From contig JAHFKW010000002.1 of assembly GCA_023245145.1 (NCBI GenBank), positions 54,601 to 118,600 on the forward strand: a stretch of DNA of 64,000 bases, written 5' to 3'. Positions 62,942 to 64,000 of the stretch are shown here, piece by piece; positions within the stretch are counted from its first letter, which is position 1; every line of letters begins with the position of its first letter. The notes under the pieces were generated by a model that saw only the letters and a list, made by a program, of their open reading frames with translations, ran no database searches and had not been told where the DNA came from. The DNA comes from Candidatus Staskawiczbacteria bacterium (GTDB lineage Bacteria > Patescibacteriota > Minisyncoccia > Minisyncoccales > Staskawiczbacteraceae). A program made the translations under genes and the position numbers.

Positions 62942-63412
62942 CTAATCAATTTTTAAGAGTTCTACTTCAAATGTCAATGTGGCACTTGGTGGAATAGTCA
63001 TAAAGCCACCACTTCCATATGCTAAATCAGGCGGAATGGTTAATTTTCTCTTTTCTCCCACTTTCATCCCAGCTACTCCCAAATCCCAACCCTTAATCAC
63101 TTTTCCCTGTCCTAAAGTGAAAGAATAGGGGGCATTGCGATCTATACTTGAGTCAAATTTAACGCCATTGGCCAATACTCCTACATAATTGACTGTTACG
63201 CGGTCATTATTTTTGGCAGCCACTCCCGTTCCTGTTTTTAATACTTCCACTTTCATGCCGTCAATATCAAAACTTTGAGTAGTTGGGCTTTTGTCTCCAT
63301 TTTGATTATTAGTAGGGTTAGTATTTTTGTCTGAACCCATAAAGACAAAATATAATCCTACGGCTAGGATTACTAGCACTAAAACAATGATGATTAATGT
63401 TATTCTTTGCAT
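62942..63412 (-). CDS. FKBP-type peptidyl-prolyl cis-trans isomerase, membrane-anchored
   Basis: VTVNYVGVLANGVKFDSS....PYSFTLGQGKVIKGWDLGVAGMKVGEKRKLTIPPDLAYG. Confidence 0.85.
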   Translation of the reverse strand: MQRITLIIIVLVLVILAVGLYFVFMGSDKNTNPTNNQNGDKSPTTQSFDIDGMKVEVLKTGTGVAAKNNDRVTVNYVGVLANGVKFDSSIDRNAPYSFTLGQGKVIKGWDLGVAGMKVGEKRKLTIPPDLAYGSGGFMTIPPSATLTFEVELLKID

Positions 63413-63469
63413 ATTATTTTTTTAACATTATGTATATATTACGACCTTTATATTTGATGTTGATCATTA

Positions 63470-64000
63470 TTAACGGCTAACTGGTTCGGCTGGTAAAGTA
63501 AATTCTACGTTAGGCCGATTTATATTAGACACTGAATCGGTTGAATTTACAATGAATTTTTTAAGATTGGAAGTGCCGCCGTCGCAAGATTGACTCTGAC
63601 TCAAACTCGTCGGAGCACCGCAAACATCAGATATCCCCAAATAAGAACAGCTAATCATATTTTGTCCATAGAGTACACAGGAGTTTTTATTTAATCCCAC
63701 ATCTTTCGCCTGTTGGGTATCAAAGGCTCCGTTTTCTGCTTCGGCACCACATTGAACTTGATATGCCTCTGCTTCAATTTGACAACATTTGGTAGCGGTA
63801 TCTGCCAGCTGATATCCAACCGGCTGTTCGGCTGTTTGTCTGGCATGAGTTAATTCATGACGAAATAGATAATACATACCCCCGTTACCGGTAGTCGGAT
63901 AAGAAAAACACAAATTAATGTTACCAGATGCATCCATGTAGTCGGTGTGTCCACTGGTGCCACTACACGAATTAATGCCGGCATTGCAAGTGATATTGAG
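63470..64000 (-). CDS. partial CDS (C-terminal part; frame stays open to the window end): Cys-rich protein with HExxH motif
   Basis: HELTH occurs in LFRHELTHARQ. The frame upstream of the track Met at 63937 is open to 64000. Confidence 0.4.
   Translation of the reverse strand, partial: LNITCNAGINSCSGTSGHTDYMDASGNINLCFSYPTTGNGGMYYLFRHELTHARQTAEQPVGYQLADTATKCCQIEAEAYQVQCGAEAENGAFDTQQAKDVGLNKNSCVLYGQNMISCSYLGISDVCGAPTSLSQSQSCDGGTSNLKKFIVNSTDSVSNINRPNVEFTLPAEPVSR

Overview
This 64-kb window comes from a gene-dense, AT-rich bacterial chromosome. The core genes are short, mostly on the minus strand, and as far as I can see by eye have no Shine-Dalgarno sequence. They include uppS, rpmA, pyrG, rplI, an S41 peptidase, mraY, a DD-carboxypeptidase, aspS, tyrS, murC, thpR, efp, prmC, rplU, rmuC, mraZ-rsmH-ftsL-PBP, rplJ-rplL, mltG, rpmG, trmD and typA. 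The gene content and style resemble Patescibacteria/CPR, but that is inference only because no rRNA gene is present. I found four tRNA genes by hand: Glu-CUC, Trp-CCA, Tyr-GUA and Thr-GGU. The tRNA-Thr is split in its anticodon loop by a 179-nt insert that I can fold as a complete group I intron (P1-P9, 5' exon ending in U, insert ending in G). About 11.5 kb (roughly 39.4-50.9 kb) looks like an integrated element. It ends in a large serine recombinase whose ORF runs into the 3' end of tRNA-Trp. Its cargo has no assignable function: a visibly GC-richer four-gene cassette with consensus promoters and strong SDs, a divergent TrmB-like regulator, and a Zn-ribbon protein, a 1145-aa all-helical protein and a bacterial-PH-like protein. 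It also has about 0.9 kb of non-coding DNA with a candidate sRNA and decayed ORF fragments. A copper and thiol-disulfide operon (52.0-57.9 kb) sits behind a promoter with a CsoR-type inverted repeat, and its copZ-like gene is frameshifted by a 23-bp tandem duplication. Other structure includes MraZ-type GTGG boxes at 10-bp spacing upstream of mraZ. An ~80-bp quasi-palindromic repeat occurs in three copies, two of them abutting the efp and mraZ start codons, and similar tandem-repeat leaders precede rplJ and rpmG. There is also a degenerate free-standing LAGLIDADG-like gene and a membrane-anchored Clp-type ATPase. I saw no rRNA, CRISPR array or IS/transposase. All calls rest on manual reading and remembered family motifs; nothing was computed or searched.
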